From NCBI GenBank assembly GCA_963772725.1, contig CAVYYI010000004.1, forward strand, positions 32,001-96,000: DNA of 64,000 bases, in the 5' to 3' direction. Of this stretch, positions 21,142 through 33,200 are shown piece by piece. This stretch comes from an uncultured Phycisphaerales bacterium (lineage in GTDB: Bacteria > Planctomycetota > Phycisphaerae > Sedimentisphaerales > Anaerobacaceae). The notes beneath the pieces were generated by a model that worked only from the letters and a program-made list of their open reading frames with translations, did no database searches and had not been told where the DNA came from. How positions within the stretch are numbered: the stretch's first letter is position 1; each line of letters opens with the position of its first letter. A program made the position numbers and the translations under genes.

Positions 21142-23568
21142 CTATTTCTGTACTTCAAGTTTATCATTCAGCTCATAGCTTTTACCCGACTCAGACTTAA
21201 ATTCGATCACACTTTCGCCATACTGAACTTTACACGGACCTCCAACAGTTGACTTAATTTGGGCTTTAAAAAGCTTGCCGTTCTTCCAGTACATATCCAC
21301 CACAAATCCGCCACGAGCACGCAGACCTTTGACATATCCGGCGGACCATTGTTTTGGAAGAGCTGGCAGTAAAAGGATTTCACCTGTGTGGCTTTGCAGG
21401 AGCATCTCAGCGATGCCGGCTGTACCACCGAAATTGCCGTCTATCTGGAAAACACCCGTATAGCTGCCACTCGGTGCGGTGGAAGAAACATTTCCGCCGA
21501 AGTTTCCATCAATTTGGAGACCCGGGCAATTATCCATCAGGTTGGAAAAGGTACAACGATTGAGCAAAGCCATAAGCACATTGTGGCAATTAGAGCCGTC
21601 ACCAAGGCGTGCCCAGAGATTGGTGTTCCAGGCCAGACTCCAACCACAATTACCAATGTCCTGAGAAGTACCTCCTTTGGATGAAGGGACATTTTTAAGC
21701 CGATATTCCAAAGATTTACGAGCGGCTGCGGTGAGTTCCGGTGTTCCATCCGGCGTTATTTGTCTGCCGGGATGCAGAGCAAAAAGGTGAGATAGATGCC
21801 TGTGCCATGGTTCTGTTTCCTTGAATTCCTCGGCCCATTCAAGTAGTCGACCATCGGAACTTATTTGCGGCCCGGCAAGACGCTCGCGGGCAGATTTTAC
21901 CTCTTTTACAAAATTATCTTCGACACCGAGAACTGTCGCAGCCTCCAGAGTATTGGTAAACAAATCCCAGATAATCTGCTGGTCCATAGCTGGCCCCATT
22001 GATAAACCAGCTTTTGTGTTGGTGCCGGGTATAAAGAACTGATTCTCGGGTGAAATCGACGGGCCGCTGACGAGTTTGCCGGTCTTTGGATTTTCAACAA
22101 GCCAGTCGAGGTAAAACTCAGCGGCTTCTTTCATTACAGGATAGGCTCGCTTTTTGAGAAATTCCTTATCACCGGTAAACTGATAATGCTCCCAGAAGTC
22201 CTGACAGAGCCATCCTGCTGAAGGAGGCCAGATATCCAGGCCTTTGAGAGTACTTGTAAATAATGCCGGCGTCGTTCTGTGCGATGTAAAGAAGCCGCGG
22301 CAATTATAGACATTCCTTGCCGTTTTACGGCCGTTTACACGGAGCTTTTCAAGTAAATCAAAGTACGGTTCATGACATTCCGAGAGGTTACAAACCTCTG
22401 CAGGCCAGTAGTTCATCTGGAAGTTAATATCGCAATGAAAACCGCAAAACCACGGTGGTTTAATTTCGGCATTCCATATTCCCTGAAGGTTCGCAGGCAG
22501 ACCGCCCGGACGTGACGAACTTATAAGCAGATACCTGCCATACTGGAAATACAATGCCGCAAGGGCTTCATCCCCATCGCCTTTTTGGGCCAATTCAAGA
22601 CGCTTATCTGTCGGAAGACTAACAGCTTCTGTTTTCCCGAGATTAATATCAACCCGCCGGAACAGCTTCTGATAATCCTTTATATGGGCATCTCTTAGTT
22701 TATTAAATGATTTTTTTGTCGCAGCAGAAAGTTGTTTTTGACAGGTTTTTGCGGGCTTATTGTTATTATAACTTGTTGATGCCGTCAGAAAAAGCGTAAC
22801 TTCATCGGCATTTTCAACTATAAGACTGTTTCCGTTCTTGTTAATTTTACCTCCGCGGCAAATCGCTTTCAGATATGCCTCGAATTTTACTCCTTCTGTG
22901 GGTTTACCGCGGTCAACCTGCCCGCGCAGAACAATTGTATTATCTGATATTACAATTGATTCAGCATCGGCAATTCGACTCAAACTGATGTCCGCAGAAA
23001 TACGACCCGGCTTACTGCAGGTCAGATGAGTAACAATAATCTGGCCGGGATAACTTGCAAAAACTTCACGGGTAAAATTCGCATCGCCGTCTGAATAACT
23101 TACCGTTGCAACAGCGGTATCGAGGTCGAGAGTCCTTCGATAATTAGTTGTATTTCCGCTTGTCCTGAACTTTAGATAAATATCGCCGAGGGGTTGATAA
23201 AAATACATTGGCCGTTCACCCAGAAACTCCCTGTCAACGAGCTTTCGAGCCTCTGTATATTTGCCGTCAAAGAGAAGTTGTCTTGCCTGTGGAAGAAATT
23301 TATACGCGCCGACACGGTCGAAATCATTCTGGTCTCCGGACCAGATGGTATTTTCATTCAATTGAAGATGCTCAGATTCGATACCGCCAAAGATCATTGC
23401 TCCGAGCCGGCCATTGCCAACAGGCAGTGCCTCTACCCAATCTTTCGCCGGTTGACGATACCAAAGTTGCCATTCACCGGCGAAAGCCGACGATGGTAAA
23501 ACTACCATCAAAATCAAACCAAGATACGACAACACTGACGACATAATAGTTTTTGGTTTGTTCAACAT
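21142..23568 (-). CDS. Glycoside hydrolase family 95 (alpha-L-fucosidase/galactosidase-like)
   Basis: [59 protein letters not shown] and GLRARGG motifs. Confidence 0.93.
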   Translation of the reverse strand: MLNKPKTIMSSVLSYLGLILMVVLPSSAFAGEWQLWYRQPAKDWVEALPVGNGRLGAMIFGGIESEHLQLNENTIWSGDQNDFDRVGAYKFLPQARQLLFDGKYTEARKLVDREFLGERPMYFYQPLGDIYLKFRTSGNTTNYRRTLDLDTAVATVSYSDGDANFTREVFASYPGQIIVTHLTCSKPGRISADISLSRIADAESIVISDNTIVLRGQVDRGKPTEGVKFEAYLKAICRGGKINKNGNSLIVENADEVTLFLTASTSYNNNKPAKTCQKQLSAATKKSFNKLRDAHIKDYQKLFRRVDINLGKTEAVSLPTDKRLELAQKGDGDEALAALYFQYGRYLLISSSRPGGLPANLQGIWNAEIKPPWFCGFHCDINFQMNYWPAEVCNLSECHEPYFDLLEKLRVNGRKTARNVYNCRGFFTSHRTTPALFTSTLKGLDIWPPSAGWLCQDFWEHYQFTGDKEFLKKRAYPVMKEAAEFYLDWLVENPKTGKLVSGPSISPENQFFIPGTNTKAGLSMGPAMDQQIIWDLFTNTLEAATVLGVEDNFVKEVKSARERLAGPQISSDGRLLEWAEEFKETEPWHRHLSHLFALHPGRQITPDGTPELTAAARKSLEYRLKNVPSSKGGTSQDIGNCGWSLAWNTNLWARLGDGSNCHNVLMALLNRCTFSNLMDNCPGLQIDGNFGGNVSSTAPSGSYTGVFQIDGNFGGTAGIAEMLLQSHTGEILLLPALPKQWSAGYVKGLRARGGFVVDMYWKNGKLFKAQIKSTVGGPCKVQYGESVIEFKSESGKSYELNDKLEVQK

Positions 23569-23836
23569 GTTTACAGGCTCCTTAAAAATATTTTATATAT
23601 ATATTTCTCTGAAAGTATCAGCTAAACCATCGTTTAGTCAACAGTTTTCACGGAAAACTCATAATTATTTTTATCTATCCGGTTTTTCTATTACTACTGC
23701 TCCCGCCACCGATGTATTTGGTAATTCGACAGGAATACCGGCTGTTGCACAGACGGTATGACCTGCGCATCAATCGAAACAATCAATACTAATGCGGTTA
23801 GGAAACGCATTTTCTTGCTTTTCTGATAACATCGTT

Positions 23837-26224
23837 CTATTTCTGTACTTCAAGTTTATCATTCAACTCATAGCTTTTACCCTTCTCTGTATCAAATTCT
23901 ATATACTTGTCCTGGTATTTTACTTTACATTTGTTTCCGTTAAGCGATTTAATTTCAGCACTTGAGAGTTTTCCTTGTGCCCAGTTGATACCAACCTCAA
24001 ACCCTCCGCGGGCACGCAGCCCTTTAACATATCCATCTTTCCATGCATTTGGCAAAGCAGGCAGCAGGTGAATCGGTCCAGCACCTGCTCCTTGATTGAT
24101 ACTGTGCGATTGCAAGAGCATCTCAGCAATGCCGGCTGAGCCTGTCATATCACCATCGCTTTGAAACACCGGCGGAACTCGCGGGGCCGAGCTAAATAAA
24201 TTTGGAAAGCTTGTTTTACCAATCAATGCAAGAAGGTTTTTGTAAGCTTCTTCGCCGTCCTGCAGCCGTGCCCACCAGTTTACAAGCCAGGATAATGTCC
24301 AGCTTGTATTTCCTGCATGTGTAATGTTGACAGTTTTAGCCGTGCTGCCCGCATGAGCCAATCGATATTCCAAAGTCTTTCTTGCAGCTACAGCAAGCTC
24401 CGGAGTACCTTCAGGAGTTATCTGATAACCTGGATATAAAGCATAAAGATGAGAAATATGCCGATGGCCCGGTTCGACTTCGGGAAATTCACGGTCCCAT
24501 TCAAGGAGTCTGCCATCAGAGCCAATCTCAGGGCCGGCAAGATCTGACTGAGCCTTGCGTACATCCTGTACAAACTTATCTTCAATTTTTAAAATTTTTG
24601 CTGCTCCAAGACAGTTATTAAACGTCTGCCAGATAATCTGCTGGTCCATCGCAGGCCCCATCGTCACACCAACCTTGGTGCCGTCTTTGGCAATAAACCG
24701 GTTTTCAGGTGAGATAGAAGGTCCACTGACAAGTTTGCCGGTCTGAGGATTTTCCACCAACCAGTCAAGACAAAACAGCGAAGCTTCCTTTATGATAGGC
24801 CATGCTTTTTCGGAAAGAAATTTTTTATCCTGAGTATATAGATAGTGTTCCCAGAGATGGCTTGTTGTCTCTGCGCCGCCTGTCGGCCAGATAGTAGCTC
24901 CAACATTTTTGCCGCTTTGTCCGGTAAACCACCAGACATCAGTTCTATGATGTGCACAAAAACCCCGGCAATTATAAAGCTGGCGGGCAGTTTCTGTACC
25001 TCGCCTGCGAATGCCATCTATTAGTATAAAAAAAGGTTCGTGAAGTTCTGAGAGATTGGTATTTTCCGCGTGCCAATACTGCATCTGTCCATTTATATTG
25101 AGGTGATAACCGCACAACCAGGGGGGATTTAATTCTCTGTTCCACAAGCCCTGCAAATTTGCGGGCAGCCCGCCTTCTCGTGACGAACTTATCAATAAAT
25201 ACCTGCCATATTGAAAATAAAGCCCAACAAGACCAAGGTCTGATTCGCCGCTCTTCATCGATTCAATCCGTTTGTTGGTTGGTATATCCGATTTATTTTC
25301 TCCGCCAAGCTCAATATCAACGCGATTAAAATACTTTTTGTAATCGGCAAGATGTGCATCACGCAGCTGCTCATAAGTTTTACCTGATGCCGCTGCCAGT
25401 TGGTTTTTGCAGACTACCGCCGGGTCATCACCATAATAATCAGTTTTCGCTGTCAAAAGCAGCATTGCTGAATCAGCTTTTTCAATATGGAGACCACAGC
25501 CGTCTGCATAAACCTTGCCCCCCTGAACGTTCGCTTTAAGACGTGCCTCAAACTTTACGCCCTCGCTGTCTTTACCCTCATCAACCCTGCCGTTCATTAC
25601 AATAGTGTCAGGTGCTGTTACGGAAGTTTTTGCACATTCGACGCGATTCATATTCACATCAACACTTATTCGCCCCCTCTTGTTACAGCTTAACCGAACA
25701 ACTATCACATGGTCAGGCCAACTACAGAAAACCTCTCTTTTAAACTCAGCATCGCCTTCATTATAAGTTACTGCGGCAACAGCGTTTTGGATATCTAATT
25801 CTCTCCGATAATTTGTGATAAAGCCGGCAGGCCTCGTATCTATCCAAAGGTCTCCTAACGACTGGTAGCAGTGGGTATTATCGGGACCCTTCATTTCCTC
25901 CTTTATGAGGTCTTCTGCCTGTTTGTACTTACCATCAAATAAAAGCCCGCGAATTTGAGGCAAATATTTATAAGCTCCCTTCCGGTTAAAATCGAGCTTT
26001 TCGCTTCCAGACCAGACCGTATCTTCGTTAAGCTGGATATGCTCCCGCTCAATACCCCCATAGACCATTCCTCCGAGCCTGCCATTACCTAAAGGCAACG
26101 CTTCGAACCACTGCTTAGCGGGTTCATTATACCACAGCATCCACCGGCTGGCAAAAACATGATTTGGAAAAGCCAGCATTGAAACTAAAATAAAGAATAA
26201 CAGGCTCCGCGATTTACTATACAT
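23837..26224 (-). CDS. Glycoside hydrolase family 95
   Basis: [39 protein letters not shown] and GLRARGG motifs. Confidence 0.93.
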   Translation of the reverse strand: MYSKSRSLLFFILVSMLAFPNHVFASRWMLWYNEPAKQWFEALPLGNGRLGGMVYGGIEREHIQLNEDTVWSGSEKLDFNRKGAYKYLPQIRGLLFDGKYKQAEDLIKEEMKGPDNTHCYQSLGDLWIDTRPAGFITNYRRELDIQNAVAAVTYNEGDAEFKREVFCSWPDHVIVVRLSCNKRGRISVDVNMNRVECAKTSVTAPDTIVMNGRVDEGKDSEGVKFEARLKANVQGGKVYADGCGLHIEKADSAMLLLTAKTDYYGDDPAVVCKNQLAAASGKTYEQLRDAHLADYKKYFNRVDIELGGENKSDIPTNKRIESMKSGESDLGLVGLYFQYGRYLLISSSREGGLPANLQGLWNRELNPPWLCGYHLNINGQMQYWHAENTNLSELHEPFFILIDGIRRRGTETARQLYNCRGFCAHHRTDVWWFTGQSGKNVGATIWPTGGAETTSHLWEHYLYTQDKKFLSEKAWPIIKEASLFCLDWLVENPQTGKLVSGPSISPENRFIAKDGTKVGVTMGPAMDQQIIWQTFNNCLGAAKILKIEDKFVQDVRKAQSDLAGPEIGSDGRLLEWDREFPEVEPGHRHISHLYALYPGYQITPEGTPELAVAARKTLEYRLAHAGSTAKTVNITHAGNTSWTLSWLVNWWARLQDGEEAYKNLLALIGKTSFPNLFSSAPRVPPVFQSDGDMTGSAGIAEMLLQSHSINQGAGAGPIHLLPALPNAWKDGYVKGLRARGGFEVGINWAQGKLSSAEIKSLNGNKCKVKYQDKYIEFDTEKGKSYELNDKLEVQK

Positions 26225-26246
26225 TTAATTTTCTCCTTGAAAAATA

Positions 26247-26846
26247 TCATTTTGTATCTGGAAGTTTTATCAACGGTTTTGTGGAGTAAATCCACCTATT
26301 GGCAAAAGCTCTATTCTTAATGTCGTCCGGCCAGCCATCGGGGATGCGAACATACATACAAGTATTAATCAGCTTATCCCAATCCTGGTTTATTACTGTT
26401 GTGAAAAATTCCGGCTTTATGTTCTCAATACCTTCTGAATACGCAAAATCCAGCAGAATTTCCTGACTTTCCTTTTTTAGGCCATCGAAAGGATTGTTGG
26501 AATATTTTTCTGACATGAAAGTACGCAGTTGCTGAAGAGTTTTATCCAAATCGAGGCGTAACTGTTTTTCCGCGTCCTGCTTGGACCAGCCCTGTGTATA
26601 GAATTTTTTGTTGAGTACAGGCTGCCGATAGCCGATTCTTCTGCCATAATGAGTAGAGTACGGATAAAATTTCCCGTCTTTTCTCACGCCAAAATCATAA
26701 GGATTCGTTGCGGATTCAATATATTTGACAAATTCATCGGTTATCGTAAATTTCCCAGCGGATGTAGATGCGGCGAAAGCAATAACCGTTACGCCAATAG
26801 TAAGAACGCAAATAACTATCAGTAATTTTTTCATAATATTCTCCAA
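26247..26846 (-). CDS. Secreted phage-lysozyme-like fold protein, copy B
   Basis: Paralogue of 17142-17717 (ITDEFV.YI.SATNPYDFG.R.DG.FYPYS...GRRIGYRQPVL) with a Sec signal peptide. Confidence 0.6.
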   Translation of the reverse strand: MENIMKKLLIVICVLTIGVTVIAFAASTSAGKFTITDEFVKYIESATNPYDFGVRKDGKFYPYSTHYGRRIGYRQPVLNKKFYTQGWSKQDAEKQLRLDLDKTLQQLRTFMSEKYSNNPFDGLKKESQEILLDFAYSEGIENIKPEFFTTVINQDWDKLINTCMYVRIPDGWPDDIKNRAFANRWIYSTKPLIKLPDTK

Positions 26847-26851
26847 TCAGA

Positions 26852-29728
26852 TTAAAATTTGAGTGTTATAATTTCAGAACGCTGAACCTGCTGCTCGGCG
26901 GTTTCTACCTCAAAGATACACTGGAAATCGCCTTTGCTCTCATCAATATCCGATGAAAATTCATAAGGGAATATCGCATCGGTCTTCTCCTGCCATGGCC
27001 CATTTCCCTGCCGATATTTCAGTTTTGCGGAGATAACGTTTTCAGGGAGAGCATCGGTATAAACAAAAGATGATGTAAGACCTTTGCCCATCGTGATAAG
27101 CATCGCGGTAACTTTGCCAAAAGGAGCATCAGATGTAACAAGACTGTCTTTGCCCAGCGTAACAGCGGTTTTATCGAACATCTTGGCCTGCAGGCGGGGC
27201 TTGACCTTTACGCCTTCAATGGCATAAGCAACTATGCCTTTGGGTGATATTGTGAATTTTACAGTGTTATCAGAAATCTCAATAGTGCCTTTATCTTTGT
27301 TATCCTGCCAGATTCGCGCTTTATGGGCACCATTGCATTCAACCAAATCTGAATTGAGTGTGATTGTTACATCCTCGGTTTTGAATGACTGGTTCCAGAA
27401 TGCAAGGTAAAATTTACCATTGCCATAGCCGGCGACATAATCAACCTGCTTATTATCCGATTTGAGCAGATGTCTCGGCAGCCATAGCTGGACGTTGTTT
27501 TCGTCGTAAAACTGTCCCGGCCTGTCGCCATAGGCTTTTACCCTAAAACCACTTTCATACATACAGCGGGAAGGAAAATCGATTTGTTTTTCGGAGCGGT
27601 TAAAAGCGTCGGAAATAAGAAAATCAATTACAGCGCCGACAAACTCCCATGAATGGCCTGGATTGAATGTGGCATAGTCGGTCTCCCAAAGGGGATGCAG
27701 CGGCGCATCGGGCTGTTCGATAACCAGCGATATTTTGGAGCGGTTGTCACCTGCGTAATTAGCGAATCTGCCGACCATTGCCCAGCGTGTAAAGTCTCGC
27801 AGAAAATCGTCTTTGGCATAAGTGGCAAGGCGCATAAGCTGACCGTTGTTATTGAGCCAGAACTCACCGCGGTAAGCAGGAGACTCAAAACCAGTCAATG
27901 CAACGCGCCAGGCCGGTACAGTCTGCTGAGGCGCATGAAAAGGCTTAGGCGGAGGAAATCCCCAGACTTTATGACGACCGTAGGAATGAGCATGTATCGG
28001 CACTTCATTATTTTTGTCAACAGTTATGAAAGTATCAGGAACAACTGGAAAAAGATTCATCGCTGCCGACCTTGCATAAGCGCCTTCCACTGCCGCTTTA
28101 AGATATTTCTCGTCTTTGGTTTCTTCATATATTTCAATAAAATTCATGTAATCCCCCGCGGAGCGGCTTGCTGTCATCCGGTCAGCGACTTTTACCGCAG
28201 CAGACAGATAATCTTTATTGCCCGTCATTCTATATTGTGATAATAAATCAATAAAATCAGATTTTGAAAAGCCTTTCTGTTCGATATAAAACTTAAAGGC
28301 GTAAGTACGTCCCTGAAACATTTGTGAAAGGCTTGTTAATTGAACGGTACTGGGATATGGGCTTCCGAGTTCTCTGTTCCGTGATTTAATCTGACCGTTG
28401 TCAAAAGTTTCGTAAGGAGAAAAAATGTTGCTTTTGCGAGATACAGCAAATTCGACAATAGGCCGAACCTTCTTTTTGTATAGTTCCTCATCGTCGGTTA
28501 CAAGCACCACAGACATTCCAAAAAGCGGAGAGAACGGTTTGAATACGCCTGGTTTATCACAGTAATAGTGATATTTCTGCTCCGGGTCCCACATCGCATA
28601 ATTGTGACCGTCCCTGTCGATTAAATAATCAAGAATGTTTTCAAGTGTATTGTTTAACGAACCCGGCCCGCTGTTATCCCGCATATCACGAAAACCATAA
28701 ATATTTCGAGCCAGATACCTGTAAGTGTCTTTCCAGTCACCTGGTCTTAAGACATAACGAACAGTAAAACTGTATTTATTCCCTGTTTTCATTTGTGATT
28801 CATAACCGCCCATTATCGGCGCAAAGATTATCGGTTTCAGTTGGCTATTCGTTCTTTCAATCATAACACTGAAACGGGAATTGCTCCTGTCAGGGATTCT
28901 AAAAGGGCTTTCGTTCGGGTCAACAATGATAACCGAATTTAATTTTTCGGTCGCGATATGTGCCCGCGGTAATTTCATATAACCTTCACACATAGCAAAA
29001 TTAAGTTGTCTGCCCCCTTTGCCCCCGCATTCCTGCGGCACAGAAATGGCTTTGTCGGCTGGCGTTGACGGCACACCGGTAAAAGCAACGGAATAATAAC
29101 CAGCCTTTTTAACTATCAAATCATAGGTGATCTGCGGGTCGCCCAAAGGAACTGGCAGCATAAGCCTGCCGGTGAGCGTAAAGTCCGGCTGCTCCTCAAA
29201 TTCCCAAACTATTGAATCGCCTTTTAGATAAGTTTTTTTCGCTGTTAATGTAGTTTTCTGGCCGGCAAAGAATGGATTTGTCGTTCCATTTGCATAAGGA
29301 CCCTGCACTTTGTTTCTGCCTCCGCCTTGCACATTTTTGTATAACCACGTACGATTGCCATTTTTATCCTCTGTAACAACAACCTCGGAGCCAGCGACTT
29401 GCTGCATATCAGGAGAATTAAGCCAATCATTGAGAGATTTTAAATCCTGCTGACAGTTCGACCATCTTATAGCCACGCGAGGTGAAATAAAATAATTCAA
29501 ATGATTGGTACTGTAACCGGGGTCTTTAGAGCTGTACATAACCGTAAATTCAGGCCGGAGAATCTGTGGTTCAACTCCTTCAACATTAACTTCAATGGAA
29601 TTGTCAGCTTTAAGCGTTATCCTGTATTGATTGTTTTTAAGCTCCTGTCCTATACAGATTACAGGCATCAACAAGCCAAAAACCAAGCAGGTATTAGATG
29701 ACAAAAATTTTACATATTTTGCGTTCAT
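26852..29728 (-). CDS. Large secreted protein of unknown family, paralogue 2
   Basis: Intact 958-aa ORF with signal peptide; motifs shared with the other three paralogues. Confidence 0.85.
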   Translation of the reverse strand: MNAKYVKFLSSNTCLVFGLLMPVICIGQELKNNQYRITLKADNSIEVNVEGVEPQILRPEFTVMYSSKDPGYSTNHLNYFISPRVAIRWSNCQQDLKSLNDWLNSPDMQQVAGSEVVVTEDKNGNRTWLYKNVQGGGRNKVQGPYANGTTNPFFAGQKTTLTAKKTYLKGDSIVWEFEEQPDFTLTGRLMLPVPLGDPQITYDLIVKKAGYYSVAFTGVPSTPADKAISVPQECGGKGGRQLNFAMCEGYMKLPRAHIATEKLNSVIIVDPNESPFRIPDRSNSRFSVMIERTNSQLKPIIFAPIMGGYESQMKTGNKYSFTVRYVLRPGDWKDTYRYLARNIYGFRDMRDNSGPGSLNNTLENILDYLIDRDGHNYAMWDPEQKYHYYCDKPGVFKPFSPLFGMSVVLVTDDEELYKKKVRPIVEFAVSRKSNIFSPYETFDNGQIKSRNRELGSPYPSTVQLTSLSQMFQGRTYAFKFYIEQKGFSKSDFIDLLSQYRMTGNKDYLSAAVKVADRMTASRSAGDYMNFIEIYEETKDEKYLKAAVEGAYARSAAMNLFPVVPDTFITVDKNNEVPIHAHSYGRHKVWGFPPPKPFHAPQQTVPAWRVALTGFESPAYRGEFWLNNNGQLMRLATYAKDDFLRDFTRWAMVGRFANYAGDNRSKISLVIEQPDAPLHPLWETDYATFNPGHSWEFVGAVIDFLISDAFNRSEKQIDFPSRCMYESGFRVKAYGDRPGQFYDENNVQLWLPRHLLKSDNKQVDYVAGYGNGKFYLAFWNQSFKTEDVTITLNSDLVECNGAHKARIWQDNKDKGTIEISDNTVKFTISPKGIVAYAIEGVKVKPRLQAKMFDKTAVTLGKDSLVTSDAPFGKVTAMLITMGKGLTSSFVYTDALPENVISAKLKYRQGNGPWQEKTDAIFPYEFSSDIDESKGDFQCIFEVETAEQQVQRSEIITLKF

Positions 29729-29775
29729 GTTACTTACATCCTTTCTCTTACATATTCATTCCTGCTATCTATGTT

Positions 29776-29828
29776 AAGTATAGCATAAGGATAAATCATT
29801 TTGCGCAAAACTATAACCGATTTGCGAT
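29776..29828 (-). promoter_or_regulatory. Promoter with extended -10 (TGcTATACT) and TTTGCG direct repeat at 21-bp period
   Basis: tttgcgcaaaactataaccga-tttgcgat; same architecture at 44115-44169. Confidence 0.55.
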
Positions 29829-29890
29829 ATACCGTATAGCGCAATAATCTCATAATTAAGCGGCAACTCTTTTTCTATAATTTTTCCGAG

Positions 29891-30244
29891 CTAATTCGCA
29901 AATAACTCTGCCTTGTTGAATATAGATAATTTTACCGGGCCGATTAATCCCGATTTAACTAAAGGTGAATCGGCCGAATAGTGCCTCCATGTAGTAAACG
30001 TGCAGCGTTTACGATTTTTGGCTTTCGAGGGGTCATATAACCAGTCGGGCAAGGATTGCAATGCTCCCGCAGTAAATTTACCGCTTGAAGCGCCGTTATA
30101 GGTATAATCAACGGGTATCTGCTCGTCACCTATAGGGACAATTGCCAAATAACCTCCTTTTTTCAGTTCGAAAAAACTCAATGCTAATATCGCTATTAAC
30201 AAAAACCATGGTCTAATTCTATTCAAAGACTTTTTCATGAACAT
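29891..30244 (-). pseudogene. Deletion remnant: signal-like N-terminus fused to the C-terminus of a GH106/GH2-type glycosidase
   Basis: 'IGDEQIP.D', 'LPDWL' and 'R.TFTTWRHY..DSPLVKSGLIGPVKL' resemble the C-terminal end of alpha-L-rhamnosidase (GH106)-like proteins. Confidence 0.6.
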
Positions 30245-30263
30245 TTCTATAAATATTTTGTCA

Positions 30264-33200
30264 TTACCAGTCCAGTGCCATTATAGCGAAATCGATAAAA
30301 TTAACTCTGCAATCGCCATTAAAATCTCCTGCAGGATGCTCAGGACAATCCTGTCCAATATGTTTATCTTCCAGCCAGTGCAAGGCAAACGTTGCTAAAT
30401 CTTCAATGTCAACCTTGCCGTCATGATTGAAATCTCCGTGTGTCAAGTGGGTTGTGAAACTCCAGACCAGTCCCGGCCAGAGGTTGACACCATTAACTTC
30501 ATCGATTCGCCAGTAATACGTGACGCCTTCGTTTAAAGTGCCTGGGTCATAAGTCTTACTTGTCTGGTTCCCTTTGAATACCGAGGAAGCGGTAGTTGCC
30601 GTAGTAACAGCAGCCTCCGATGTTCCAAAGTACACGTTGTGCGAGGCAGCGTAGTATCCCGCTTTCCAGCTTAAATCGGCTGTTGCCGATACCTGTGCTG
30701 CCTGATATGCGGGACTTGGTCTGTTGGCCTGATAAGGTGTAACTATCAATATTTGTGTACTCAACATTATACTAACATTGTTTTTATTGAACTTCTCGAT
30801 TTTGTATGCAAACGTATTGATGTCGGGGCTAATCCTGACGGAGAGTTCGTAGGGGAATACCGTATCTGTCACTGTTTGCCATGAACCGCCGTCAATCGAG
30901 TAGTACAACTTTGCGTAGTTGGCATCGCCATCGCCGCCCTTTGCATACCAAGGTTTGGCGGCAGTATAAATATATGCCTCAGTCAGCTCAGGGCCAAAGG
31001 AAATAATCATACCAACCATTTTGCCAAAGCTTTCGGTGGTTCTGACAAGACTATTGTCAGTCAGCGTGTAAGCCGGCTTGAACAGGTTGGTATGAACCTT
31101 GCTGGTTATAACGTCAACATCCTCAATAATCAGAGCTGTAAGACCTTTTGCAGGGACATTGACTTCTACCGTACCGCTCGAGAGGGTCTTATCGGATTTA
31201 GCCACGTTGTCTTCCCAGACTTTTACCGTATGCGAAGCGCCATAATTAACCCTGTTGGCATCAACGGTTACGGTAATACCTGTAAGAGCACTTGCGGACT
31301 GGTTCGACAGGGCAAGATAGAGCTTACCATTGCCGTAACCAGCAATGTAGTTAATCTGCTGGCTGCTGAGTGTTAGCAGGTTATTGGGAATCCAAAGCTT
31401 AACATCATCATCGCCGTAGAATGTTCCAGTCCTGTCGCCCCAGATATTAAACCTGCTGCCGCCGCCGCCGTCAAATAGTCTCCGAGATGGGAAATCAATG
31501 TTGCCGTCGGATTTAACGATTGTATCATTGACCATAAAATCTATCGCCCAGGGTATATACTGCCAGTGATGCCAGAAGTGCATTGAAGTAAATGTCATAT
31601 ATTCAAGCGGGTGCATGCAGAAGTCGTCCTGCTCATAAACCAGCGAGTAATCCCTCGAGAACTGCTGGCCCGGGTAATTTGCCCATCTGCCGACGGTTGA
31701 CCATCGTGCCATATCACGCATAAAGTCATCATTTAAGTATCCGCTTAGACGCATCAATCCGCCGGGATATTCCATGAACGTAAATGCCCTCCATGTCCCC
31801 ACCTGCATACCGGTAAGCGCCACACGCCACGATGGTACCGATTGCTGGGGAGCGTACATATGCTGGGGTGGAGGATACCCCCACAACACATGCCTGCCAG
31901 GGGTCTGGAAATGTATGGGGGCCTGGTTAAATTCATCCACTAAGTAATTTTCATCCTTAACCCTCGGTGAAGTATTGAGAGTCGTCATAAAGTTGTATGC
32001 ATAAACTTTTGCTGTATCTAAATAGTTAGAATCTCCGGTTTCCTCATACATCTCCAGGAACTTCTGAAAATCACAAATGCGGTAGGGGCTGGTTATGCAG
32101 GAGTTGGCTCCTTCAACAGCATAGTTCAGTTCATTAATATCACCATAGAGACGATACCATTCGAGGGACTGCTGGAAGTGGCCATGCGATTCGGTGTGGC
32201 CTTTTTCCTTAGAATAGACCTCAAATGCCTTGGTACGACCTCCGGTGAGCCGGTACAAAGTTCCCAAATCTAGTCCGCTTATCCATGGGCCGAGCATATT
32301 GTTATCGTACGACATCTGCAAATTGTAGTTGTAATTGTAAGGATGAAAATACGATTCCTCTCTGCTTATGCAGTATTCAACCTGGGGAAGGGAACGGGAC
32401 CAGAACATCTCGTTGTTGTCCAGGACTATCGCGGAATTGATTGCAAATAATCCGCCCAGAACCTTGAATGAATGCGGCTGGTCAGTCCAATACTCGTTGC
32501 ATTTCTGGTTGGAGTCCCACATATTGTAGTTATTGCCGTCGGCGTCCATTGCGTAATCAGTTATATTAGCCAGCAATTTATTCAAAGAACCTGGCCCGCT
32601 GTTATCCCGCTGGTCCCTGAATTTAAAGATGTTTTTGACTATACCTCGATAAAAGTCAGACCATGAGGAATTATCCACAACCCACAGAACACCAAAGCTG
32701 TGAGTCTCATCCACTGCCAGATATGAATCCTTATCGGTCGGCAGATTCGCTTCCTGTGCGCCCATTTCCGGTGAGAAAATCATCGGCTGGGCCTTGCCGT
32801 CTAAATTCCTGATGCAAAGGCCGAATTCGACGTTCCTGTAATGCGGCAGGCGGAATGACTGATAATCCGGATTGACGACTACTGCACAATCCACACCATT
32901 TACATCTGTTATAACCGCAGGAAGCGGGCAGAGAAATTCCTGGCAGAATTTGGGTGTGGTCGGGAAAACAAGCTTGTTATCGTCCGGAGGGTTGATAAGT
33001 GCATCATCCCACATCGTTGGCTGATGGAACTTTTCCATAGTATTGGGGTCAGTCTCGGGAGCGCCGGTATAACCGAGCATGAACCATCCTGCGGTATTGG
33101 CCGTTAAGGTATAACTCAATGCAGGTTCATTATATTCGGTTGACAAATCCAGCGAGGCGGCCAAGTCAAAATTGGTCTGTGAGGGGTATGTCAAAACTAT

